DNA from: a virus
Lineage: Duplodnaviria; Caudoviricetes
Virus record (IMG/VR): IMGVR_UViG_3300033067_000207
Span: 957-64,956 of that record
DNA length: 64,000 nucleotides
Strand: one strand, 5' to 3'
Numbering within the stretch: position 1 is the stretch's first letter; the number at the start of each line of letters is the position of its first letter. The notes under the pieces are model-generated. The model had not been told where the DNA came from. It saw nothing but the letters and a program-made list of their open reading frames with translations, and made no database searches. This document shows, piece after piece, positions 1-9,589 of the stretch. Position numbers and translations under genes: made by a program.

Positions 1-1
1 G

Positions 2-1858
2 ATTACGCATGTTATGCGTAAGACTAAGAATGAAGTTAAGAAGCTTCAGGTAGCCGGGTTCTACGATGACTGCGATTTGCCGGACCCGACGAACACACTT
101 GACGAGATTGAGAAGAAAATTGCTGAAAGCATGGGGTTCAGGGCAGACTCCGATAACCGATACAAACTTCTTGAGATGCACGTAGACCTCGTAATAGAGG
201 ATGACCCATATGCGGATGAGGACGGCGTTGCCCTGCCATATGTGGTCACTATTGAGAAATCTTCGTCAAAAGTACTCTCAATTCGGCGAAACTGGCTGGA
301 AGATGATGAGTATAAGCAGAAACGCGAGCACTTTGTACATTATTCCTATGTCCCGGGCTTTGGGTTTTATGCTTTTGGGCTTATCCACCTTATTGGTGCT
401 TTTGCTAAGTCTGGTACTTCTATCCTTCGTCAGCTTGTCGATGCTGGCACTTTGTCTAATTTGCCGGGTGGTTTTAAGACTAAAGGGCTTCGTATCAAGG
501 GTGACTCTACGCCGATTAGCCCGGCAGAGTTCCGGGATGTAGATATTGCGTCCGGCACTCTTAAAGATAACATCATGCCGCTTCCGTACAAGGAGCCGTC
601 GCAAGTTCTTCAAGGTTTGCTGCAAACCATCGTGGATGAGGGCCGCCGTTTCGCTTCTGCTGCGGATATGAAGGTGTCCGACATGTCGGCGGAAGCGCCG
701 GTTGGTACTACTCTAGCTATCCTAGAGCGCACGCTTAAGATTATGTCCGCGATCCAAGCGCGCATTCACTACTCGATGAAGCACGAGTTTAAGCTTCTTA
801 AGAACATCATTCGGGACTACACCCCGGACGAGTACAGCTACGAGCCTGCCAGCGGGGAGCGAAAGGTTAAAGGCTCGGATTACGACCTCGTGGAAGTCAT
901 TCCGGTTTCTGACCCGAACCAAGCCACACTAGCGCAAAAAGTTGTACAATACCAAGCTGTTATTCAGCTTGCGCAGATGGCTCCGCAAATTTACGACTTG
1001 CCGTATCTTCACCGGCAAATGTTAAACGTTCTGGGTATTAAAGACGCAGAAAAGATTGTCCCGCTTGAGGACGATATGAAAGCTGTGGACCCGGTTTCTG
1101 AAAACATGGCGGCGCTCAATGGCAAGCCGCTTAAGGCGTTTATCTATCAGGATCACGCTGCGCACATCGCTGTGCATACTTCAGCAATGCAAGACCCGAA
1201 ACTTATGGCTATTATGGGTCAGAACCCACAGGCTCAAGTTATTATGGCTGCTATGATGGCACATATTAACGAGCACGTTGCGTTCCAGTACCGCAAAGAA
1301 ATCGAAGATGCCGCAGGCGTTCCGTACCCCATGCCGGATGCAGAAATGTCGCCGGATATGGAAGTCCAGATTTCCCGTCTTGCCGCCGCCGCATCGCAGA
1401 AAGTTCTGCAAGCGAACCAAGCTCAAGCTCAGCAACAACAAGCTCAGCAACAAGCTCAGGACCCGCTGTTCCAGCTCCAGCAAGCAGAATTGCAGCTTAA
1501 GGCTAAGGACACGGAAATTAAGGAACTTAAGGTTAAGATCGACGCGGCGGCTAAGGCTGACCAACACCAGATCGAGCGCGAACGGATTGCGTCTCAAGAA
1601 CGCATCGCCGGGGTTAACGCTGGCATCAAAGCCGCTTCGGATAAAGCTAAACTTTCCGCCTCGCAACAGTCAGAAGGTTTGCGTGTGGGGGTTGATATTG
1701 CTAGAAATTTAGCAGATAAGCACCACCAGAGAAATGAGGGCGACGCAAATCGCCGTCATCAGGCCGCTCAAACGGCGGTTCAATTAGCGCACCAAGCTAA
1801 GCAAAGCGAGGCTGACCGCGCCGCACAGGCCCAAAAGCCGCAACCAAAAGGTGATTAG
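2..1858 (+). CDS. Portal protein, C-terminal part (frame open from the window edge)
   Basis: The frame is open upstream of ATG 14. HFVHYSYVPGFGFYAFGLIHLIG...QLVDAGTLSNLPGGFK is typical of podovirus-like portals; Gln-rich C-terminal tail; first gene of the head module. Confidence 0.85.
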   Translation: MTHVMRKTKNEVKKLQVAGFYDDCDLPDPTNTLDEIEKKIAESMGFRADSDNRYKLLEMHVDLVIEDDPYADEDGVALPYVVTIEKSSSKVLSIRRNWLEDDEYKQKREHFVHYSYVPGFGFYAFGLIHLIGAFAKSGTSILRQLVDAGTLSNLPGGFKTKGLRIKGDSTPISPAEFRDVDIASGTLKDNIMPLPYKEPSQVLQGLLQTIVDEGRRFASAADMKVSDMSAEAPVGTTLAILERTLKIMSAIQARIHYSMKHEFKLLKNIIRDYTPDEYSYEPASGERKVKGSDYDLVEVIPVSDPNQATLAQKVVQYQAVIQLAQMAPQIYDLPYLHRQMLNVLGIKDAEKIVPLEDDMKAVDPVSENMAALNGKPLKAFIYQDHAAHIAVHTSAMQDPKLMAIMGQNPQAQVIMAAMMAHINEHVAFQYRKEIEDAAGVPYPMPDAEMSPDMEVQISRLAAAASQKVLQANQAQAQQQQAQQQAQDPLFQLQQAELQLKAKDTEIKELKVKIDAAAKADQHQIERERIASQERIAGVNAGIKAASDKAKLSASQQSEGLRVGVDIARNLADKHHQRNEGDANRRHQAAQTAVQLAHQAKQSEADRAAQAQKPQPKGD

Positions 1859-2055
1859 TGAACGAAAACGACGTGTTTATGTATCTCATTGGCAAAATCA
1901 ATGAGGACGTAGAAGCCCTTAAGAACGACGTTATTGCGGGCAGAATGGAAAATTTTGAAACCTACAAAGGGATTTGTGGGCGAGTAAACGGCCTACTACG
2001 GGCCAAAGAACATATTATTGACCTCAAAGAAAGGCTTGAGCGCGAAGATGATTAA
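1858..2055 (+). CDS. Small hypothetical protein
   Basis: 65 aa, coupled to the portal stop codon. Confidence 0.7.
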   Translation: MNENDVFMYLIGKINEDVEALKNDVIAGRMENFETYKGICGRVNGLLRAKEHIIDLKERLEREDD

Positions 2056-2551
2056 TGATGAAGTTGCCGTTGGTTCACCCACCACGGATAAGTCTGGAGC
2101 TTATGAGCTGCCAAACTTCGAGCCACTTAATATCCCCACTGTGGGCGAAACGATGGATTTAGCCACCCGAACGCTCGCCGCGCTGCCACAAGAAGCCGAA
2201 TTGACCCTAGAGGAAAAGGGTAAGCAGCTTCCAGTTCCTACCGGATACCGCATGTTGTGCATGGTTCCAAAGGTCGAAGACAAGTATGCTTCTGGCCTGA
2301 TTAAGGCTGATATTACAGTGGAGCACGAGCAAGCGCTAGCTGTTACTTTGTTTGTCGCAAAGATGGGACCTGACTGTTACAAAGACGAGAAAAAGTTCCC
2401 TACCGGTCCTTGGTGTAAGGAAGGTGACTTCGTCCTTGTGCGCCCCCATGCAGGCTCCCGCCTGAAAATCCACGGTACGGAATGGCGCATTCTTAACGAC
2501 GATTGCATTGAAGCTGTTGTTGATGATCCTCGCGGCGTGTCGAGAGCATAA
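2048..2551 (+). CDS. groES: GroES/Cpn10-like co-chaperonin
   Basis: PTGYRMLC...SGLI...VAKMGPDCY...KEGDFVLV...WRILNDDCIEAVV matches the GroES pattern. Confidence 0.85.
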   Translation: MINDEVAVGSPTTDKSGAYELPNFEPLNIPTVGETMDLATRTLAALPQEAELTLEEKGKQLPVPTGYRMLCMVPKVEDKYASGLIKADITVEHEQALAVTLFVAKMGPDCYKDEKKFPTGPWCKEGDFVLVRPHAGSRLKIHGTEWRILNDDCIEAVVDDPRGVSRA

Positions 2552-3067
2552 ATGACCAGACATAGAAACTACGAAACTAAAGAGGAGTATTTGTTGCGAT
2601 GTCGCGAATACGCTAAGCAGTATAGGCTAAGGCACCCTGAAAAAGTTAAAGAAACCAAAGCCAAGTATTACGCGTCGGAAAAAGGAAAGGCGTGTAAGAA
2701 GCGTGAAGAGATAGCGTACGTTATTTCTGGTAAGCGCGAAGCGGCGGAAAAGCGTAGGGCTAAAAGACCCCTATCACAAGCCAGAAAGGATGCTCGTAAA
2801 CGATGGAGAAATAAAAACAAACACTACTATGCGGCAGATCGCGCTCACAGGCGTATGCTGTCACGAACAACGCTCTCTGTTTTACACAAACGTGAAATAG
2901 AAGAGATATATCTGTTGTGTAGTAAGATGCCGGGGTATCAAGTAGACCACATTGTACCTGTTAAGGGGAAAAATGTTTCTGGGTTACACGTACCTTGGAA
3001 CCTACAGATTATTCTACAAACCGAAAATCGTAGTAAAAGTAATAAGGTGATTGAACATGACTATTAA
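2552..3067 (+). CDS. HNH endonuclease, free-standing
   Basis: YQVDHIVPVKGKNVSGLHVPWNLQII...ENRSKSN HNH core; basic N-terminus. Confidence 0.85.
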   Translation: MTRHRNYETKEEYLLRCREYAKQYRLRHPEKVKETKAKYYASEKGKACKKREEIAYVISGKREAAEKRRAKRPLSQARKDARKRWRNKNKHYYAADRAHRRMLSRTTLSVLHKREIEEIYLLCSKMPGYQVDHIVPVKGKNVSGLHVPWNLQIILQTENRSKSNKVIEHDY

Positions 3068-4019
3068 GTTTGTTGGGCACGAGGGCGACGACCACATCTT
3101 CGAAATGGAGGATGAAACAAAAGCCGCCCCCACAGAAGAAAAGGTTGATGTCGAGGTTGTTGATGACACACCCCCCGAAGACCAGAATCGTACCCCCATG
3201 CCGCAGCACATTGTTGATGAGCTTGAGGCCGACGACCTAGAAAAGTATGACAAGGCGGCCAAGGCTCGCTTGAAGCAGCTTAAGAAGGTTTGGCACGATA
3301 CACGCCGGGAAAAAGAGCGCGAAGCCCGTGAAAAGGCCGAAGCGGTCGCACTGACGCGCCGTCTTTTGGAAGAAAACAAGAAGCTTCGTGGTACTCTTGA
3401 AACGGGTACTAAGGAATACGTTAGCACCTATAAGGCCGCAGCGGAACTTAAACTTGAAGCTGCGCGTAAGGCGTATACCGAAGCCTATGATGCTGGCGAC
3501 GCTACAAAGGTTCTGGAAGCTCAAGAAAAGCTATCTGAAGCACAATATGAATTAAATGCAGTAAAAAATTACAAACCCCCTTTACAGGAAAGTAATGTTG
3601 GTGTAGAGGAAGAACAGACGGCCCAAAAGCCTAAAGTTCATCCTACTACTGTGGCGTGGCAAGAGCGCAATACATGGTACGGGACTGACCCAGAAATGAC
3701 CAGCACCGCGTTTGGAAGGCACCAAAAACTTCTAGCGGAAAAAGGCGAGTCTTTTGTTGGGACTGATGCGTATTGGGCCGATATCGACGCCACGATGCGC
3801 AAACGTTACTCCGATTACTTCGGAGATGAAAAACCCTCGGGTGGGGAAACCAAGCCCAAGCGAAGCGCCAAACCGGCTCCAGTTGTTGCCCCCGCGTCTC
3901 GCAGTACATCCCCCAAAAAGATCGTACTTCGTCAATCTCAGATTGACCTTGCCCGAAAGCTAGGTCTGACCCCTGAACAATACGCTAAAGAATATGCAAA
4001 AACGATGGAGACTGAATAA
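3051..4019 (+). CDS. Putative scaffolding protein
   Basis: Acidic, coiled-coil 322-aa protein upstream of the capsid genes; C-terminal LARKLGLTPEQYAKE. Confidence 0.6.
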   Translation: MNMTIKFVGHEGDDHIFEMEDETKAAPTEEKVDVEVVDDTPPEDQNRTPMPQHIVDELEADDLEKYDKAAKARLKQLKKVWHDTRREKEREAREKAEAVALTRRLLEENKKLRGTLETGTKEYVSTYKAAAELKLEAARKAYTEAYDAGDATKVLEAQEKLSEAQYELNAVKNYKPPLQESNVGVEEEQTAQKPKVHPTTVAWQERNTWYGTDPEMTSTAFGRHQKLLAEKGESFVGTDAYWADIDATMRKRYSDYFGDEKPSGGETKPKRSAKPAPVVAPASRSTSPKKIVLRQSQIDLARKLGLTPEQYAKEYAKTMETE

Positions 4020-4468
4020 TGAGCGCTGATCGCACTGAACGTGATAACGAGACCCGTGAAACCACGATGCGGGTTAAAGCTTGGAAGCAACCCGGTGAAA
4101 TGCCGGAAGTCAAAAAGCAACCGGGCTATTTCTACAAGTGGGTTCGGGTTTCTTACGGCGATAAGCCGGACACCCGTAATATGGTGTCTCACCGGACACA
4201 AGGCTTTGAAGCCGTTCGCATTGAGGAGCAAAAACACCTCATTGATCTTGTGGACTCTTCTAGCCGGTATAAAGATAACGTGGAGTACGACGGTCTCTTG
4301 CTGATGAAGCAACCCCTCGAACTTCGCAAACAACGGAACCAGTTTTACGCCAAGCAAAACGACGCGCAAATGGCCTCTGTTGATAGTAATTTTATGAAAG
4401 AGAGCGACTCCCGAATGCCGTTATTTAAAGAGTCACGGTCCAAGGTTTCGTTTGGTAAAGGCAATTAA
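4019..4468 (+). CDS. Conserved head-module hypothetical protein
   Basis: 149 aa, coupled to the scaffold gene. Confidence 0.65.
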   Translation: MSADRTERDNETRETTMRVKAWKQPGEMPEVKKQPGYFYKWVRVSYGDKPDTRNMVSHRTQGFEAVRIEEQKHLIDLVDSSSRYKDNVEYDGLLLMKQPLELRKQRNQFYAKQNDAQMASVDSNFMKESDSRMPLFKESRSKVSFGKGN

Positions 4469-4482
4469 TTTAGGAGCTAAAA

Positions 4483-5073
4483 ATGGCATACCCTTCCGTT
4501 TCAGCCCCGTATGGGCTCATCCCGATCAATCTGATCGGCGGTCAGGTTTTTGCTGGCGCTACTCGTAGCGTTCCGATTACGTCCGCTTCTGCAACCGCGA
4601 TCTACTTTGGTGACGTGGTGAAGTTGGCTTCCGGTACGCTTTCGAAGGACGTTGGTACGGACGCCGCCACTCCGGTTGGCGTTTTCCTCGGCTGCCGCTA
4701 TACCGATCCGGTCTATGGTCTGACTTTCCGTCAGTTCTACCCGGGCGCGGTTACGGCCACTGATATCACGGCGTTTGTCGCTGACGACCCGGACCAACTC
4801 TTTAAGGCGGTTATTGTGACCTCCGGTACGACTGTTGGTCAAGTGGCTCGCTCGGCGGTTGGTAAGAACGCTGTCCTCGTGCAAAACTCTGGTAACACGA
4901 TCACTGGCGACTCGGCTGTTGCATTGAGCAACACCGTAGCCACGACCTCCACTTGGCCTATCCGCATCATTGACGTGATTGCGGAGTCTTCGCCTGCGGC
5001 CTCTTCGTATTGCGAAGTTGTCGTTAAGTGGAACCAAGGTATGCATCAATACCTCAACCCGACTGGCGTTTAA
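4483..5073 (+). CDS. Putative head decoration/minor capsid protein
   Basis: RBS GGAG; small-residue, beta-rich protein directly before the major capsid gene. Confidence 0.6.
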   Translation: MAYPSVSAPYGLIPINLIGGQVFAGATRSVPITSASATAIYFGDVVKLASGTLSKDVGTDAATPVGVFLGCRYTDPVYGLTFRQFYPGAVTATDITAFVADDPDQLFKAVIVTSGTTVGQVARSAVGKNAVLVQNSGNTITGDSAVALSNTVATTSTWPIRIIDVIAESSPAASSYCEVVVKWNQGMHQYLNPTGV

Positions 5074-5089
5074 TATAGGAGCATAAACA

Positions 5090-5998
5090 ATGGCTATTTC
5101 ACGCGCACAGCTACTCAAAGAATTGCTCCCCGGCCTGAACGCTCTGTTCGGTCTGGAGTACGCCCGTTATGGCGAAGAGCATAAGGAAATTTACGATACC
5201 GAAAGCTCCGAACGTTCGTTCGAAGAAGAAACCAAACTGTCTGGTTTCTCTGCGGCTCCCGTAAAGAACGAAGGCTCCGCCATCGCGTACGACACGGCGC
5301 AAGAAGCATGGACCGCACGCTACAACCACGAAACGATTGCTATGGGCTTCGCCATTACTGAAGAAGCCGTAGAGGATAACCTGTATGACTCTTTGTCTGC
5401 TCGTTATACGAAAGCACTCGCTCGCGGTATGGCGTACACCAAGCAAGTTAAGGCCGCTGCGGTTCTTAACAACGGCTTCTCCTCGTCCTATAAGGGCGGT
5501 GATGGCCAAGCGCTGTTCTCCTCGTCTCACCCTCTGGTTGGTGGCGGCACCAACGCCAACATGCCTGCTACGGCTGTTGACCTGAACGAAACGTCGCTTG
5601 AAGCGGCTATTATTCAGATGGCGGCGTGGACGGATGAACGTGGTCTCCTGATCGCGGCGAAGCCGAAGAAGCTCATTCTTCCACCCTCGCTGATGTTTGT
5701 TGCTGAACGTCTGTTGAAGACGCCGCAGCGTGTCGGCACTGCCGATAACGACATCAACGCGATCAAGAATATGGGCGCTGTCCCCGGTGGCTATACGATT
5801 AACCACTGGCTGACGGACCCTGACGCTTGGTTCTTGACCACGGATGTTCCGAACGGTCTGAAGCACTTCATTCGTGTTCCTCTAGCAACCTCAAGCGATG
5901 GTGATTTCGATACCGGCAACATGAGGTATAAGGCACGCGAGCGCTACAGCTTTGGGTGGTCGGACCCCCTGGCCATCTGGGGCTCGCAGGGCGAGTAA
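5090..5998 (+). CDS. Major capsid protein (Mu gpT-like, HK97 fold)
   Basis: MAISRAQLLKELLPGLNALFGLEY...PKKLILPP...GDFDTGNMRYKARERYSFGWSDP; strong RBS AGGAG. Confidence 0.9.
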   Translation: MAISRAQLLKELLPGLNALFGLEYARYGEEHKEIYDTESSERSFEEETKLSGFSAAPVKNEGSAIAYDTAQEAWTARYNHETIAMGFAITEEAVEDNLYDSLSARYTKALARGMAYTKQVKAAAVLNNGFSSSYKGGDGQALFSSSHPLVGGGTNANMPATAVDLNETSLEAAIIQMAAWTDERGLLIAAKPKKLILPPSLMFVAERLLKTPQRVGTADNDINAIKNMGAVPGGYTINHWLTDPDAWFLTTDVPNGLKHFIRVPLATSSDGDFDTGNMRYKARERYSFGWSDPLAIWGSQGE

Positions 5999-6029
5999 TT
6001 AAATTAGCTGAGTAAAATCAGCGGTTTAG

Positions 6030-6070
6030 GGAAGACTTCTAGAGAAATTTAGAAGTCTTTCTTTTTTCTT
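6030..6070 (+). terminator. Rho-independent terminator after the capsid gene
   Basis: Stem AAGACTTCTA / TAGAAGTCTT followed by a T-rich run. Confidence 0.75.
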
Positions 6071-6071
6071 G

Positions 6072-6099
6072 TTGACGTTATTCATTCAATTGGTATAAC
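6072..6099 (+). promoter_or_regulatory. Sigma70-type promoter
   Basis: TTGACG-N16-TATAAC with an extended -10 TG. Confidence 0.6.
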
Positions 6100-6172
6100 T
6101 AGAAGGCCCATTTACCGGATATTCTTTTAAGTATTTATCTTGACCCTCCACAATAAAACATATACACAAAAG

Positions 6173-6219
6173 GTAGCTACTCAGACTGTTTCAGACGGCA
6201 CGGGAGACTGAGTAGTTAT
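6173..6219 (+). ncRNA. Structured RNA element, candidate Mu-gpT-DE-like motif
   Basis: 12-bp stem GTAGCTACTCAG / CTGAGTAGTTAT (two G-U pairs); three AGAC units across the element; lies downstream of a gpT-like gene. Confidence 0.5.
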
Positions 6220-6243
6220 TCCCCGTGTAGGAGTTTGATTTCA

Positions 6244-6759
6244 ATGGCTAAAACTACCTTCCAAGGACCAGTCCGTTCTTTGAACGGCTTCTTCAACACC
6301 GGCCCCGGGACTATGAAGTCCATCACTGCTAACACCACGCTTACTGTGGACGGTTACGCGGGTCGTCTGATTACCATTTCTAACGCATCTGCGGTCATTA
6401 CGCTGCCCACGATCAATGCGTCTGCGGATAGCGCCTACGCCGGTCCCGGCTCGGACCCCAACAACTCCAACAACCTCGGCGCGGTTTACCAATTCTATGT
6501 TGGTGTTAACGCTACGGCCATGTCGATCTGCACGGACGGCACGGATAAGTTTGTTGGTTCGATTACGCTCGCTAACGCGGCGTCTACGTTGGTCTTCCAG
6601 CCTGCGGCTTCCAACGACTTTATCAACATGAACGGCTCTACCAAGGGCGGTCTCATCGGTTCGGTCATCACGGTTGAAGCGATTGCGGCTAACCAATATA
6701 TGGTTCAGGGCGTGTTGATCGGCTCGGGCACTCTGGCTACTCCGTTCGCTGACTCGTAA
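6244..6759 (+). CDS. Putative virion structural protein
   Basis: Starts MAKTTFQGPVRSLNGF; RBS AGGAG; Gly/Ala/Thr-rich. Confidence 0.65.
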   Translation: MAKTTFQGPVRSLNGFFNTGPGTMKSITANTTLTVDGYAGRLITISNASAVITLPTINASADSAYAGPGSDPNNSNNLGAVYQFYVGVNATAMSICTDGTDKFVGSITLANAASTLVFQPAASNDFINMNGSTKGGLIGSVITVEAIAANQYMVQGVLIGSGTLATPFADS

Positions 6760-6769
6760 TAATATAGGG

Positions 6770-6791
6770 TTGGGGGCTTCGGTCCCCTTCT
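6770..6791 (+). terminator. Possible terminator or stabilising hairpin
   Basis: GGGGC-TTCG-GTCCC (UUCG loop) followed by a short pyrimidine tract. Confidence 0.45.
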
Positions 6792-6811
6792 CGTTCAGCT
6801 AGGAGATTAAA

Positions 6812-7285
6812 ATGAGTGCACAATTTGGTTTTGAGTCCTCGGTAACGATTACTCGCCCGGCAGACACCACAGCTTACGCAGCTAACGATGTTGTTGGCGG
6901 TGTTATCGAGTTTCCGTTTATGACGGGGCGTAACCGACCCCTGTATGTCACAGGTTCGCGGTTTTTGATTAATGACTCGTCGGTTATTTCGGGCGAGACT
7001 TCTTATAACCTGCATTTTTATAAGAACACGCCCCCTTCGGCGTACGCTGATAATGCGGCTTGGGATTTGCCTTCAGGGGACCGCAGCGTATATCTAGGTT
7101 ACATTTCGCTTGGTACGCCGGTTGATTTGGGTTCAACGTTGTACGTAGAACAAAACATTTTGAACAAGGAAATAAAAGGCGCGGGCGACACTAACTCCGT
7201 CTTTGCTTATCTCGTAACTGTTGGTGCTTATACACCTACTTCGCAACGGGTATATGTCCCCACGATTACCGGCCTGTGGGTGTAA
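6812..7285 (+). CDS. Putative structural protein
   Basis: 157 aa with RBS, within the virion module. Confidence 0.6.
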   Translation: MSAQFGFESSVTITRPADTTAYAANDVVGGVIEFPFMTGRNRPLYVTGSRFLINDSSVISGETSYNLHFYKNTPPSAYADNAAWDLPSGDRSVYLGYISLGTPVDLGSTLYVEQNILNKEIKGAGDTNSVFAYLVTVGAYTPTSQRVYVPTITGLWV

Positions 7286-7288
7286 ACC

Positions 7289-8572
7289 ATGGAAGCAGCT
7301 ATCACGACGCTGCTACTAAACGGGGTAAGCCAGAACGCTTTATTCGCGTATGGTAAGCCCTTTTTCTTGTTTGACACTACAAAAAACCAGTTTGCTAATA
7401 ACTCAGGCGTTTTTCAAAACCCAGCCAATATGCCCGGCTGGAGTTTTACACGGGCTTCGACTGGCTACGCCCAAACCCAAAGCGGCTTGCTTCTCCTCTT
7501 CGCTTCAGGCGCTCCCCGCATCACAGACAAAGGCCTGTTGATCGAAGGGGCGCGGACGAATCTCTGCTTGCAGAGCCAGACGTTTGATAATGCGAGTTGG
7601 ACGAAAAGCGGCGCCACGATATCTGCCGATGCTGCGACTGCGCCTGACGGGACGCTTACGGCGGATAAACTGGTTGAGGACACCAGCACTGGTATTCATT
7701 GCCTGATTCAAACCATCAGCAAGGCGGCGTCAGCAACTCAATATGCTTTCAGTGTTTTGGTTCAGGCAGCGGGCCGAACTGATATTCGGCTAACGCTTGA
7801 TGATGTTGGATCAAACAACGTTGGCGCGACATTTACGCTTTCCGGTTCTGGGTCCACCTCAAGCGTAAGTGCGACTGGAACGTTTACTGGCGCATCAGCG
7901 ACGATAGTTAAGATCGGAAGTTATTATCTTTGTACGCTTGTTGGAACTTCTGCGACGGAAACGACGTTGCGTCTTCAGTACCAATTGGTTTCTGGCGGGT
8001 CTGTATCTTACACGGGTGATGGTTCTAGCGGCGCATATTTCTGGGGCGCTCAACTCGAAGCCGCCGCCTTCCCCAGCTCCTACATCCCAACGACAACAGC
8101 CAGCGTTACCCGCGCCGCAGACGTAGCCAGCATCGCAGTAAGTGGTCTGGGCGCGATCTATACGATGTTTGCTGAAGTTGATTTGCCTGTGGTGGCGTCA
8201 GGCGGTCAGGCTTATCTGGGCGTGTCGGACGGAACGGGAAACAACGGGTCCGCCATCTACAACGCTGGCACAAGTCTAGTGTGCCTAAATAAAACTGGCG
8301 GCGCAAACGATGCCGTTGTTGTTCCGGCAGGATCAATCAGCGCTAATGTCGTTAGTCGTCTTGCTGGGCGGTTTGAAACCAACAACATCAACGGCAGATT
8401 TAATGGCGGTGCGCTTGGGACACTGGACACGTCGTGTACTGTTTCGGCGCGAACGCAAATTGAATTGGGTACATCACTAATAAACGCTGTGCCCGCGTTT
8501 GGCTACATCCGCCGCGCCGCCATTTGGCCCACAGCCTTTAGCGGCGCCAATCTTCAGAGAGTAACAACATAA
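7289..8572 (+). CDS. Head spike/fibre protein with carbohydrate-binding-like beta domains
   Basis: FTRAS...GLLIEGARTNL...WGAQLEAAAFPSSYIPTT...VTRAAD fibre signature. Confidence 0.65.
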   Translation: MEAAITTLLLNGVSQNALFAYGKPFFLFDTTKNQFANNSGVFQNPANMPGWSFTRASTGYAQTQSGLLLLFASGAPRITDKGLLIEGARTNLCLQSQTFDNASWTKSGATISADAATAPDGTLTADKLVEDTSTGIHCLIQTISKAASATQYAFSVLVQAAGRTDIRLTLDDVGSNNVGATFTLSGSGSTSSVSATGTFTGASATIVKIGSYYLCTLVGTSATETTLRLQYQLVSGGSVSYTGDGSSGAYFWGAQLEAAAFPSSYIPTTTASVTRAADVASIAVSGLGAIYTMFAEVDLPVVASGGQAYLGVSDGTGNNGSAIYNAGTSLVCLNKTGGANDAVVVPAGSISANVVSRLAGRFETNNINGRFNGGALGTLDTSCTVSARTQIELGTSLINAVPAFGYIRRAAIWPTAFSGANLQRVTT

Positions 8573-8847
8573 TGTGGAACCAAGCACTTATAGACGGGCC
8601 GATAACAATTTATGTGTACGGCGAACCTACTGTTGTTGACGGCGATGAAATGCGTCCCATTATAGGGACCGTGCCCGGATACCACATAAACATTGCGCCG
8701 CAGGTTTACACTGAAGAGCTTTCAGTATACGTAGTAGTCCCACAAAACCCGGTACGCACGTTCGCTGGCGCAGAAACCGTTTTCCTGAAGTTTAAGGACG
8801 AAGCTGAAGCTAAGTCCGCACTAAACGCATACTGGATAGAGGAATAG
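8572..8847 (+). CDS. Hypothetical protein, possible fibre chaperone
   Basis: 91 aa, coupled to the fibre gene. Confidence 0.55.
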   Translation: MWNQALIDGPITIYVYGEPTVVDGDEMRPIIGTVPGYHINIAPQVYTEELSVYVVVPQNPVRTFAGAETVFLKFKDEAEAKSALNAYWIEE

Positions 8848-8848
8848 A

Positions 8849-9583
8849 GTGAATAACCAGAAATCATATACTTTGGCGGGTCGGGTCCTGTTTGTGGCCC
8901 TGCCTGCCTACGACTTCAAAGTGTCTTTGAAGCTTGCTATTTCTTTGGCGCGTGTAGCGCAAGAGGCCCCAAAATACGGGGTTGACGTACAGATTGGCTC
9001 CATTTGCGGGTGCTCCGTTGTATCCCGCGCTCGGAACGCTCTTGCTAAGGACTTCTTGGACTCCAATGCTACTGACCTACTTTTTATTGACTCCGATATC
9101 AATTTTGACCCAGCAGATGTCTTTCGTCTCATGGCATGGACTGCAAACCCTAAAGCAGGCATCGTTGCAGGGGTGCCGCGTATTCGCAGCACTAAATCAG
9201 TCTATATTGCCACGTTAGACTACGAACACCGCGAAGACGGTAAAGTTTCTATTATTCAAAGCGATATGGGTCTTGTGCGCGCGCAGCGCGTGGCTACTGC
9301 CTTCATGATGGTGCGCCGCGACGTGTTTGAAACACTACAAAATAGCCACCCAGAATGGACGTATTACGACCAACGTCTGGAAAAAAACCTCACCGCATTC
9401 TTTGATTTTAAGGTTACTCCCGAAGGTTATGTTGGGGAGGACTATCTGTTCTGCGACCGCGCCCGCGAGCAAGGGTATGAGGTCTGGATTGATCCTACGA
9501 TTAAACTGGGGCACATGGGGGTACAGGAGTTTGAGGGGAGCTTCTCCGACGACGTTCTGAAGCCTATGTTTAGGAGTGAGTAG
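8849..9583 (+). CDS. GT-A fold glycosyltransferase-like protein
   Basis: SVVSRARNALAKDFL...LLFIDSDI (DxD), ATAFMMVRRDVF, GEDYLFCDRAR...WIDPTIKLGHMG. Confidence 0.8.
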   Translation: MNNQKSYTLAGRVLFVALPAYDFKVSLKLAISLARVAQEAPKYGVDVQIGSICGCSVVSRARNALAKDFLDSNATDLLFIDSDINFDPADVFRLMAWTANPKAGIVAGVPRIRSTKSVYIATLDYEHREDGKVSIIQSDMGLVRAQRVATAFMMVRRDVFETLQNSHPEWTYYDQRLEKNLTAFFDFKVTPEGYVGEDYLFCDRAREQGYEVWIDPTIKLGHMGVQEFEGSFSDDVLKPMFRSE

Positions 9584-9589
9584 CGTGTC

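Noticed and set aside
6140-6168. Second sigma70 promoter (TTGACC...)
   Set aside because: No acceptable -10 element at 16-18 bp spacing.
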